From: Priapulus caudatus
Taxonomy: Eukaryota
Direction: 5' to 3'
NCBI RefSeq assembly: GCF_000485595.1
Contig: NW_014577064.1
Span: 567,568 to 628,342, forward strand
Length of the DNA stretch: 60,775 nucleotides
Both the position numbers and the translations under genes were made by a program. Under the pieces are notes generated by a model. The model was not told where the DNA came from. It saw only the letters and a program-made list of their open reading frames with translations, and did no database searches. Shown piece by piece: positions 46,215 to 58,116 of this stretch; the first letter of the stretch is position 1; each line of letters begins with the position of its first letter.

Positions 46215-48420
46215 AGGCCCGGTGGTTAGCTTGTGGTCATGTAGCCAGTGGATAGTCTGGCTCATGTAGGCCGTGGATAGCTGGGTCCATGTAGCCGTGG
46301 GTACATGGTCATGTAGCTGGTCAATTGTAGCAGTATCTAGCTGGTCAATGTAGCCGGAGGTAGCTGGTCTATTTAGCCGTAGGTAGCTGGTCAGGTAGCC
46401 GTGGGTAGTTGGTTCATTGTAAGGCTTGGTCATGTAGCCGTGGTTACCGGTCCATGTAGCCGTGGGTAGCTGGTCATGATAGGCCGTGGTAGCTGGTCAT
46501 GTAGCCCGTGGTTAGCTATGGTCATGTGCCCGTGGGTAGCTGGTCATAGTAGGCCAGTGGTAGGCTGGTCATGGTAGCCGTGGTTAGCTGGTCATGTAGT
46601 CCGTGGTTAGTCTGTCAATAGTACCGTGTGGTAGCTGGTCGTGTAGCGCGTGGTAGCTGGTCATGTAGCCGGTGGTAGCGGTCATCGTAGCCCGTGGTAG
46701 CTGGTCGTTGTAGCCGTGGGTAGCTGGTCATGTAGCCGTGGGTAGCTGGTCATGTAGCCGTGGTTAGCTGGTCATGTAGCCGTGGGTAGCTGGTCATGTA
46801 GCCGTGGGTAGCTGGTCATGTAGCCGTGGGTAGCTGGTCATGTAGCCGTGGGTAGCTGGTCATGTAGCTGGTCATGTAGCCGTGGTGTAGCTAGTCATGT
46901 AGGCCGTGGTTAGCTGTCATGTAGCCGTGGTAAGCTTGGTCATGTAGCCGTGTGGTAGGCTGGTCATGTAGCCGGGTTAGCTGGTCATGTAGCCCAGTGG
47001 GTAGCTGTCATGTAGCCGTGGGTAGCTGGTCCATGTAGCCGTGGTAGCTGGTCATGTAGGCCGTCGGGTACATTGGTCGTGTAGCCGTGGGTACTGAGTC
47101 AAGTAAGGCCGTGGTTAGCTGGTCATTGTAGGCCGTGGGTACTGTCATGTAGCCGTGGATAAGCTGTCAGGTAGCCGTGGTTAGTTGGTCATGTACCGTG
47201 GTAGCTGGTACAGTAGGCCGTGGTAGCTGGTCATGTAGCCGTGGGTAGCTGGTCATGTAGCTGGTCATGTAGCCGTGGTTAGCTGGTCATGTAGCCGTGG
47301 GTAGCTGGTCGTTGCAGCCTGTGGGTAGCTGTCATGTAGCCGTCGGTTAGCTGTCAATGTAGCCGTGGGTAGCTGGTCATGTAGCCGTGGATAGCTGTCA
47401 TGTAGCCGTGGTAGCTGGTCTGTAGCCGTGGGTAGCTGGTCATGTAGCCGTGGTTAGCTGGTCATGTAGCCGTGGTTAGCTGGTCATGTAGCGTGGGTGC
47501 TGGTCATGTAGCCGTGGGTAGCTGGTCATTAGCCGTGGTTACATGGTCGTGTAGACAGTGGGTAGCTGGTCATGTAGCCGTGGTAGCTGGTCATGTAGCT
47601 TGGTCATGTAGCGTGGTTAGGCTTGGTCATGTAGCTGGTTCATGTAGGCCCGTGGTTAGTTGGTCCTATGTACCGTGGGTAGCTGGTCATGTAGCCGTAG
47701 GTAACTAGGTCCATGTAGCCGTGGTTAAAGGCTGTCATGTAGCCGTGGGTAGCTGGTCATGTAGCCGTGGGTAGCTGGTCATGTAGCCGTGGGTAGCTGG
47801 TCATGTAGGGCCCGTGGATAGCTGGTCCATGTAGCTGTGGGTACTGTCATGTAGTCCGGTGGTTAGCCTGGTCCATGTAGCCGGTCATAGTAGGCCGTGG
47901 GCTAGCTGGTCATGTAGCCGTGGTTGGGCTGTCATGTAGCCGTGGGTAGCATGGTCATGTAGCCCGTGGGTAGCTGGTCTATGTAGCCGTGGTAGCTGGT
48001 CATGGTAGCTCGTGGGTAGCTGGTCATGTAGGGCTGGTCATGTAGCCGTGGGTAGGCTGGTCATGTAGCCGTGAGTTAGCTGGTCATGTAGCGTGGGTAG
48101 GATGGTCATGTAGCCGTGTGTAGGCATGGTCATCGTACCGTGGTTAGCTGGTCATGTAGCCGTGGGTAGGCGTGGTCATGTAGCGGCGGTCATTAGCCCC
48201 GTGGTTAGGGCTGTCATGTAGCCGTGTAGCTGGTCATGTAGCCGTGGTTAGCTGAGTCATGTAGCCGTGGGTAGGCTGGTCATGTAGCTGGTCATAGTAG
48301 CCGTGGTTAGCTGGTATGTAGCCGTGGGTAGCTTGGTACATGTAGCCCGGGGTAGCTGGTTCGTGTAGGCTGTCATAGTAGCTTGGTCATGTAGCCGTGG
48401 GTAAAGCTGGTCATGTAGCC
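46215..48420. repeat. 22-bp satellite (GTAGCCGTGGGTAGCTGGTCAT)n
   Basis: About 2.2 kb array with perfect units around 46720-46860. Confidence 0.95.
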
Positions 48421-49316
48421 GTGGTTGCAGGTTATGCTGCCAGCGCGTGGGTACAGCTATGCTGCAGCCGTGGTGATGCAGGCTATGCTGCAGCCGTGGG
48501 TAACAGGCTATGCTGCAGCCGTGGTGATGCAGGCTATGCTGCAGCCGTGGTAACAGGCTAATGCCTGGCAGCCGTGTGTGGCAGGCTATGCTGCAGCCTG
48601 GGTTGCAGGTTAATGCTGCAGCGTGGGTAGCAGGCGTATGGCTGCAGCGTGGGTAGCAAGCTATGCAGCAAGCCGTGGTTGCAGTTATGCCTGGCAGCCG
48701 TGGTGCAGAGTTATAGCACTGGCAAGCCGATGGATAGCAGGCTATGCTGCAGACCGCGTGGGTAGCAGGCTATGCTGCAGCCGTGGGTTGCAGGTTATGC
48801 TGCAGCCGTGGGTTGCAGGTTATGCTGCAGCCGTGGGTAGCAGCTATGCTGGGCAGCCGGTGGGTACAGGCTATGCTGGCAGGCCCGGGGGATGCAGGCT
48901 TATGTTCTGCAGCCGTGGTTGGCAGGTTGTATGCTGCCAGCCGTGGTTGGCCAGGTTATGCTGCAGTCCGTAGGTGATCAGGCTATGCGGGCAGCCGTGG
49001 TAGCAGCTATGCTGCAGCCGTGTGAATGCAGCTATGCTGCAGCCCCGTGGTTCAGTTATGCGCGCCGTGGGTAGGCAGGCATGCATGGGCAGACGTGGGT
49101 AGCAGGCTTATGCTGCAGCCGTGGTGATGCAGGCCTATGCTGCAGCCAGTGGGTAAAACAGGCTATGGCTGCAGCCGGGGTTGCAGGTTATGCTACAGCC
49201 GTGGGTAGCAGGTTATGCTTGCAGCCGTGGTAACAGGCTATGGCTGGCAAGCCGTGGATGATGCCAGGCTATGCTGCAGCCGTGGTTGCAGGTTATGCTG
49301 CAGCCGTGGGTAACAG
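48421..49316. repeat. 25-bp satellite (GCTGCAGCCGTGGGTAGCAGGCTAT)n
   Basis: Directly adjoins the 22-bp array and shares the AGCCGTGGGTAGC core. Confidence 0.92.
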
Positions 49317-49841
49317 ACGCTGCTCAAACTGCCATGAGATTCTTTTAAACGTCTTTAGTGCTTAGCTTTACATTTGCTAGCAGGGGTTTTCTAACGACGT
49401 TGTATAGGTTGATTGTCGTGCGCGATGCGGAAGAACATGATTTCTGTAAATAATGCGGCGGTTAGAGAGCTGTTGTCGGCTTTATTATACGTCTTGTTGT
49501 TATTATATTGTTAAGAAGACAGTCCCGTTCTTCTAAGTAATAAGGGGTTTTACAAAGTTTTTTTGAAGAGGTTGAGAAGGTGTTTTTGCTATATTTCTCC
49601 GATGTTTTAGCAAGGGGTGTGTTTGGTTAAGGGGGAGGTGAAGTTGGTAGTCGGGGCAACTGTGTATCTCTATTTACCTGGTTTTAAGCTTGCTACTTGC
49701 TTTCTGTTGACTGCTGTTGGTTGCGCGCAGGCGCTACTATTATGCGCGCACAATTCTGCCAGGTTACTCTTGTTTTCAAGCACGCGCGCTTGTGTAGCAT
49801 GTCGTAAAGTTCCATTCATGGAACGCATGACAACGTTGTCG

Positions 49842-50032
49842 CGCTGATAACATGCTATAAGCCATGGTGTACCGCCCGGGCAACGTGTCTGCTGATAACG
49901 TGCTATAGCATGGTGTGCTGCCCGGCAACGTGTCTGCTGATAACGTGCTATAGCATGGTGTGCTGCCCGGGCAACGTGTCTGCTGATAACATGCTATAGC
50001 ATGGTGTGCTGCCCGGGCAACGTGTCTGCTGA
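49842..50032. repeat. 46-bp tandem repeat (GCTGATAACGTGCTATAGCATGGTGTGCTGCCCGGGCAACGTGTCT), ~4 units
   Basis: Direct reading. About 2 units recur at 58015-58114. Confidence 0.88.
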
Positions 50033-50454
50033 GGCGAAGTCACGATCTCAGGTCAGTGGCCAGGTCGCTAGCTGCATGCAGTTTTATCCGATTTACTCGA
50101 ACATTTATTTGATGCAAGTTCGATCATGCTTGTGAATTGTCATGTTTACGCTGGATATTTCCTTGGCGGCTGCATTACCCGCCTCGGAGGCAGGTAGGCT
50201 TTAGAGGCAGCTGCTTCCGCTGCGACATGCCTTGTGTGCGGCGGTAAACACATGCGCTAGCGGTGGATGACGAATCGCTATACTGAGAGGGGTGTAAAAA
50301 TGCTTCCTTGAAATTCAGTGTAATAATACAGCATCTGTATAAAATGCAACTGTCTCATGTTTTTGTGTTATGAACTTATGAGTATCGTTTGTGAGCTGGT
50401 TTGTCTGATTTGGTTTCTGAGCGGAATTAGCGCACACGATTTCACACGCACGCC

Positions 50455-50485
<31 letters not shown>

Positions 50486-51164
50486 GCACTGGCGCCATTT
50501 TCGAACTATTCGTCAGTAGTTGTCGGCTATTCTGCTGTAATGCTGTGAGACCCAACACAAAGTTTGTGTTTAGTAACTGGCAATCCGCGGAAACGTGTGG
50601 ATTTTGACCCCTTGTCGTATCGGACCGGTGACTGCATGCGTCCACTGTAAGTCGGACGTTGGTGAGGGCGCGCAGATACGCGAACACGTTTTCGCTAAAA
50701 AAAGAGAGCGGTGTGGTTAGAAGCTATACATGAACGTGATCCGGTAGATGTGCAGAAACGTGGTGCAGTGAAACGGTGATTGCATTCGCGAATAGCGACC
50801 CATCGCATCGTGTTTGCCTTCCTCGCTCGACCGCGCACGCTCGCCTTCACAATCTCGCTATTTGCTTTCTCGTGAACTCCCTTCTTTATCTCGATCACTC
50901 TCTCGCACTATCTTGCTCTGTTTCAAGCGCTCTATGTATACGAGTATTCGCATTTCGCGCTTCTCCAACTCCCTCTTACGCGGGATCTCACGCGTTTTTC
51001 TTTCTCGTCCACTCGTTTGCCTGTCTGTCTCTCTTCTCCCTCCATCTCACCCCTTCGCTCTCGTATCCCTCTGTTTCTCTGTCAAGTCAAATACGACGCA
51101 CGCGCTTCTCGCAGCGCACGCACGCACGCACGCACGCATCCATCTCAATCTCTACCCCGTCCCT

Positions 51165-51245
51165 AATCTATCTCTCTCTCTCTCTCTTCTCTCTCCTCTC
51201 TCTCTCCTTCTCTCTCTCTCTCTTCTCTCTCTCTCGCTCTCTCTC

Positions 51246-51276
<31 letters not shown>

Positions 51277-51325
51277 ATCTCTCTCTATCTATCTTTCTCT
51301 CTTTCTTCTCTCTCTCTCTCTCTCT

Positions 51326-51368
<43 letters not shown>

Positions 51369-51380
51369 TGTACATATATA
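51165..51380. repeat. (CT)n followed by (TA)n microsatellites
   Basis: Direct reading of the sequence. Confidence 0.95.
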
Positions 51381-53289
51381 TCTTGCTCTCATTTCGCTAC
51401 CCTCTCTCTTTCTCTAGATCACATTGACCCCTACTCCGTTTATGCTGTGGATGTCTTCGCCGATATGAATCTTCCGCGTCTACACTTGCGAATCTATCTA
51501 TATGTCAGATCTAATATTTCATCCTACGCTCTATCTAAAAACGAGACTAGATTAGAAATCATCTTCAACGCTCGGGTCTTTCTGTTGCGGTGGCCCGCCA
51601 TCGATCTTCATCAGTGCGTTGTGTTATGACTCGCTCAGCTTTGCGCAAGGCCTGCAAGCTATTTTGCTGCAGCGGGGTTGCACGAGAGCCGTCGCAATGC
51701 TTGCTTGCTCACTTCTTATTGCTGCAGGCGAGGGCAGGTGCTCGATCGGCTGTGCTCCGCGTGCACAATTCTTTTACGCCACGGCGGCCGGTTGCCAACG
51801 TTACAAACACATGAGGTCAGTGATCGCTGACGTCGCAAACTTGTGGGGTCATTGATCAAGCGGCAAGGCATCTTAAATATATATGCACATACAAGGAACA
51901 CTCCGTCGGTGTGCAGTACTGTTCTCTTTATTGTGGCATACGTATGCTAACATTCAACAGACGCATATCTGTCAACATTTGAAAACCTCTGAGGGTTTTT
52001 GATCGGGGTCTTATCTTATTTTATTGCGTAGATTAGCATTAATTTGTCCGGTAGGTGGCGAGATTTTCATTGTCCCGACAGAGCAATTAATTAATATCTA
52101 AATGATCTCAATAAATATATCTGATTATACTTGCTCTGACTCGCTGAAATATTTCAACTTAAAAGTTAGCATTACGCTCTAATTTTTAACTTAAATATAA
52201 GCACAACTAAAAAAACAAAACCTAAACTAAAATAAACCTGCTAATATACCACTATACAGTGCAGGTGCAACCTCTATTAACGTGGCCCACTCTATTCAAC
52301 TTGTCGTTATAGCCAAAATTTCTATTCGAAATTGTAGGTANNNNNNNNNNNNNNNNNNNNNNNNNCAGGCGTTCGCGGTTGTGCCGCTTCACATTACACT
52401 TCACCGCCGTGTACGCGCTTGCTTCTTCTAGCTCGCATCGCGCAACAAGCGAGCGAAATCGTTCGCGCCCAAGTGCAGATGAGCTAGAACAATTGGCCGG
52501 TGCGGTCCGACCAATCAGTCCCCCCCCACCCTACACACACAAAGCCCACTTTAACGCATATTCAAAATTTCTATCAAACGGAACCAGTAGGTCCGGACGG
52601 GTGGGTACAAGTGACGAGATGTCGGCAAGCAACGAATAATGGAAATTAGGCGGGCAAAGGGTCAACAACATCACCAGGACAAGGCAGGGTCAGGACAATA
52701 CGGTGGTTCGAGTTGCGCGCAGGGTGCAAAGGGCGTACGGGGCTTGGTACATCCGTTGTGTACCGCGTGGACAGCAAGAGATACACAAAGTATTAGATAC
52801 TCCGCGCGTGAGATAAGCTCTGTTGGGACCAAAATGCAGCGAGCAGAGCTGTTGCAGTTTCATGACGGGCGGCGGTCCCCGTGCTGGCGCTCACAGGACG
52901 AAGGGAAGGGCAGGGGACCTGGACCCGTGGAGCGAGCGCGGGATGCAATTTGGAGCGCGAGTCCCCACCTTTGTTTTTGCCCCCCGGGCGCGGGGGTCGC
53001 GGCCAAAGGGCACACGCAATCAGTAGCAGCCGGCCCGGCACAGAATTGAGTAGAATTAAAGGAAGCAAAAAATGACGGTAGCATTTCGGTTTGGTATCTT
53101 GAGTTGCGCAAGTGATTTAGCAAGCGATGTCCCATGATCACAGTTGGCAGTTAATAAACGCGCTTAAATCCGTAGGGAGAGAATAGCGGCTGTCAAATTT
53201 CGTCATGCGAAAAATAGGCCGCCGAACCCCTCCCTACAGCCTACGTTTCATTGGTGACGGTTGCCTGGGTTGAACGAGTCGCGAATCTG

Positions 53290-56200
53290 CGGTTAATGGC
53301 TCGTGAGCTAGCGCGTCCGCACGCCAGTGTTTCGCCATCGTGCCGAGAAGCGCTTATAGTTGTAGGCGTATAATCATGCGTGATCATAGTGACTGTTTCA
53401 GATCGTGTACATATCGAGCGGGTGTAGCAAGCCGTAGCCGAGTGCGAGTCGCCGGATTAAGCTGCGCTTAGTGTCGTGCAGCAAGCTGGTGTAAGAGTCA
53501 GTGGTAGACTTGATTGCGCCGGCTCTAAGTCAGCTTAGGTACTCGCGACAGTCACACAGGGCGTTGGTCTGTGAAGGGCAAGGGGGAAGAGAGGAGAGGT
53601 GGGAAATCTTACCTTCGCTTTATGCTTACCATTCGGAAACGTGCGTAGTCGCGCGCCGCCTTACGTGCGAGCCCTCCCCCCTCCCGCTGCGCAACTGTCG
53701 GTTTGGTAATCGTTCTAGTATATTTATCTGCGCCTACTCATTTCTTCAGAGCCGCATCCGTACGCGGTAGCGTACGCCTCAATTGCTGACAGTTACCGTA
53801 TATACAGATACAGGACTTAAGTAACAGACGAGCGCAACTCTCATCCTCTCCTGCCTTCTCGCAACCACGAGCACCTCCACTTTTACCGGCATGCTCAGAC
53901 CACATACTCATGCACACTTACAGCGAACAGTTAAATCACGGCGACCTCATGTCGGCAGTCATGAGCAAAATACGAGAAGGCCTTGCTTGTAGTGGTTGCT
54001 GCGACTATTTTCTACTACGTGCCGTAAGCTTATAGAACGAGCTGCATTGCAAGGTCGAGGGGGAGGACCCCCTCCCATCCGTAGACGCTGCGAGAATCGC
54101 AATGAAACACGAGTATACAGTCTGCTATCTGTTTACTCTATAGAAGCCGGTACGTAGAGCGTGCAGGAATTCGCAAAATACCTTTGTACGTGGCCCTTTG
54201 CTCGTTGTATATACGACTAATATAAATCCCTCGCTAGACAACCTGTTTCCTTTGAGAGAAATATCACCTGCGAAAAGTTTCCATAACTGACCGTGAAAGT
54301 ATATAAAATAATATAAACAAAAATATATAATATAATAACTAAATATAATTATATAGAGGACCACTCGGTCGGATCTTGGTTCATCCGTAAGGGCGACGGT
54401 TTGTGTGGTGGGATCCGTTTTTTGCTTCCAGATTTTCATATTCTGAGACAAGGATGCCCGCTTGGAGCGCGTCCGGTCAGAGTGATTGCATGCCCGCATG
54501 CGCCGGCGTGTTATTCTGTTCATTGGAGTACCGCTGATAGCTGGCATGATACCGTGATAGCTGGTCAGTATCACGTTGGAGCTGCATGTGCGTCATTAGC
54601 CGTAAGTTAGCTGTCCATTAGCGTGGTAGTCATACGTACCTTGGTATCTGGTCATGTAGCCGTCGGTTAGTTGTTTCAGGTAGCATGGTTCATGCTAAGC
54701 CGGGTTACCGCTTATAGTACCTTGGTAGTGGTCATGTAGGCCGTGGTAGCTGGTCATGTACCGTGTACTGGTCAGTAAGCCGGGTAGCTGTCATGTAGCC
54801 GTGGTAAGCTGGTCATTAGCCGTGGTTAGCTGTCTATAGTGCCGTGGCTAGCTGGTCACGTAGCCGCTGGCTGTCGTGTAGCCGTGGGTAGCGTGTCATT
54901 ACCGGGTTACGGTGTCATGCGTAGCCGGGTACTGTCGTGTACCGTGGTACGCTAGCATGTAGACCGGGGTATCATGGCATTGTAGCCGTGTAGCCATGTC
55001 CATTGAATAGCCGTGGTAGCGCATTGTAGCCGTGGGTAGCTGGTCATAGTACCGTGGTAGTGGCTCATGTACGCGCAGTGTAGGCTGCATTATAGCTCGT
55101 CATGGATACGCGTGGTAGCTAGCATGTAGCGGGTAGCTGGTCAGGTAGGCCCGTGGGTAGCGTCATGTAACCCCGTGGGAGCTGTCATGGCTAGCCGTGT
55201 TACTGGCAAGTAGCCGTGGTAGCGGTCATCTAGCCGTGGTAAGCTGGTCTGTAGCCGTGGGCTAGTGTCATGTAGCCGTGGGTAAGCTGGTCCGTGTAGC
55301 CGTGTGCGTACTGGTCATAGTAGGCCGTGTTAGCTGGTCATGATAGCCGTGGTACTGTCATCGTAGTACCGTGTTAGCTGTCATGATAGCCGTGGTTAGT
55401 TGTCATGGTAGCCGGCGGTAGCTGTCATGATAGCCGTGGGTAGCTGTCATGTAGCCGGGGTAGCTGTACCCAGTATCTGGTCATGTAGCCGTGGCTAGCT
55501 GGTCATAAGTGTAGCCGAGGGTAGAGCTGGCTCTGCAGCGTGGTAGCTGGTCACATTAGCCCGTGCGTTAACTGTCATGTCGTCCCGTGGGTTAGCCTGT
55601 CATAGTAGCGTGGATAGCTCGGTCATAGTAGCCGGGGTAGCTGTCATCGTAGCCGGGGGTGCTTGGTCAATGTAGCACGGTTAAGCGGTCATGTAGCCGT
55701 GGTTAACTGTGTCATGTAAGAGCCGGTTAGCTGTCATCGTAGCGGGTACTGTCTAATGTAGCCGTGGTAGCTGTCGTGTCACGCCGTGGTACTGGTCATG
55801 GTAGCCGTGGAGCGCTTCATCGTACTGGTCATAGTAGCCGTGTTAGCTGGTCAGTAAGCCTGTCATGTAGCCGTGTTAGCTTGGTCATAGCCGTGTAGCT
55901 GTCAATGTAGCCACGTGCGGGTACTGGTCAATAGCCGTGTTATAGCGTGCATGTACCGGTAGCTGGTCATGTAGCCGTGGGATGCTGGTTCATCTGCCGT
56001 GGATAGCTGTCATAGTAGCCTGTGGATAGCTGGCATAGTAGCTGTGGGTACTGTCATGTAGCCGTGTTACTGGTCATAGAGCCGTCATGGTAGCCCGGTA
56101 GCTGGATTACCGTGTTGCCTGGTCATGTGCCATGGGTACGCGGTCATCGTACCGTGTACTCGTCATTAGCCGTGGGTAGGCTGGCATGAAGGCCGTCGTA

Positions 56201-58116
56201 CTGGTCATCGGTACGCTGTCCATGTAGCCGGGTACTGTCAGTACCGGTAGGCGGGTCATAGCGCGTGGTAACTGTCAGTAGATCCCCCCCCCCCCGTGGT
56301 TGAGCTGTCAAGGCCGGTTAGCTGGTCAGTAGCCGTGGGTAGCTGGATCATCGTAGTCCTGTCATCTGTAGTCCGTGTTACTGTCATCGCTAGCCGTGTA
56401 GCCTGGTCATGTACCGTGGTAGCTGTCAGGTAGCCGTGGGCTACTGTCATCGTGCTGCGTCAGTATTCCGTGTACATGCTCATTAGCCGTGTACTGCAGT
56501 AGGCCGTGGTCGGCTGTCGTGTCAGCTCGGTCATGTAGCTGTCATTACCGGTGGAGCCGGTCATGTACCGTGGGTTGCAAGGTTATCTGCACGCGCTGGG
56601 AACAGCATGCTGGCAGCCGGGGATGCATGCGTCGCAATGCGCAGGCGTTGGGTAACAGGCTAGCTGCAGGTCGTGTATCAGCTATCACCGGCAGCCGTGG
56701 GTAAAGGTCTATGCTGCAGCCGTGTGATGACCGCATGCTGCACCAGTGGGTTGCAGTTATAGCTGACAAGCCGTGGGTAGCCATGCATCGCAGCGTGGGT
56801 AAGCAGCTACGATGCGGCAGCCTGGGGTTGGCAGGTTATAGACGGCACCCGATCGGGGTTGCAGGTTAGCAGGCAGGCCGTGTTAAGCAGGCAGTGGCTG
56901 CAGCCAGTGCGGTAGCCGAGGCTATGCTGCACCGTGGTTCAGTTTCTGGCGAGCCGTGGGTCTGCAGTTATGCTGGGGCAGCCGTGGGTAGCAAGCTAGC
57001 TGGCAGCCGAGTGGGTAGCAGGCTATTTGCACTTGCAGCCCTGGGGTTGCAGCTATGCGCGCAGCCGTGGATTCCAGGTTATGGCTGCACCGTGGGCTTT
57101 GCAGGTTATGCTGCACAGCCAGTGGTGATGCGAGCTGAATGCCAGCCGTGGGCGGCACACGGCTATGCTGCACGGCCGTGGTGGACTGCAGGCTCTGCTG
57201 CATGCCGTGGGTTCCGGTTATGCAGTCAGTCCGTGGGTAGCAGACTATGCGGCAGGCCGCTGGTAACAGGCGTACAGCTGGCAGCGCCGCGGTGATGCAG
57301 CTATCTGCAGCCCGTGGTACAGTACCTGCATGCTCGCAGCCCGTGTTGCAGGTAGCTACAGCCGGTGGTAGCAGGTTATGCTGCTGCCGTGGGTAAGACA
57401 GGCTATGGCTGGCAGGCCGTGGTGAGCGAGGCTATGCCGCAGGCCGAGTGGGTTGCAGGTTATCGGGCTCGCAAGCGAGGTACAGACGTGGGCCGCCTGC
57501 TCAACTGCCATGAGATTCTTTTAAACGTCTTTTAGTGCTTGCTTTACATTCTGCTAGCGGGGTTTTCTAACGAACGTTGTATAGGTTGATTGTCGAGCGC
57601 GAGGCGGAGACATGATTTCTGTAAATACATGCGGCGGTTAGAGAGCTGTTGTCGGCTTTATTATACGCTTTGTTGTTATTTATTGTTAAGAAGAAGTCGC
57701 CGTTCTTCTAAGTAATAAGGGGGTTTTACAAGTTTTTTTGAAGAGGTTGAGAAGGTGTTTTTGCTATATTTCTCCGATGTTTTAGCAAGGGGTGTGTTTG
57801 GTTAAGGGGGAGGTGAAGTTGGTAGTCGGGGCAACTGTGTATCTCTATTTACCTGGTTTTAAGCTTGCTACTTGCTTTCTGTTGACTGCTGTGTGTTGCG
57901 CGCAGGCGCTACTATTATGCGCGCACAAGTTCTGCCAGGTTACTCTTGTTTTCAAGCCGCTTGTGTAGCATGTCGTAAAGTTCCATTCATGGAACGCATG
58001 ACAACGTTGTGCGCGCTGATAACATGCTATAGCATGGTGTACCGCCCGGGCAACGTGTCTGCTGATAACGTGCTATAGCATGGTGTGCTGCCCGGGCAAC
58101 GTGTCTGCTGATAACA
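53290..58116 (+). repeat. Direct duplicate of ~45040-49990 (noisy 5' part, both satellite arrays, cleaner 3' part)
   Basis: Colinear match, e.g. 57500-58010 vs 49320-49845. Satellites at ~54530-56570 (22-bp) and ~56570-57490 (25-bp). Confidence 0.9.

Noticed and set aside
50776..51417. 213-aa Leu/Ser-rich hydrophobic ORF
   Set aside because: Derived from (CT)n and (TA)n microsatellites.
52366..53290. GC-rich post-gap region with several 60-136 aa ORFs
   Set aside because: No recognisable domains. It grades into a noisy duplicate of 45040 onward, so it is probably a low-quality read end.
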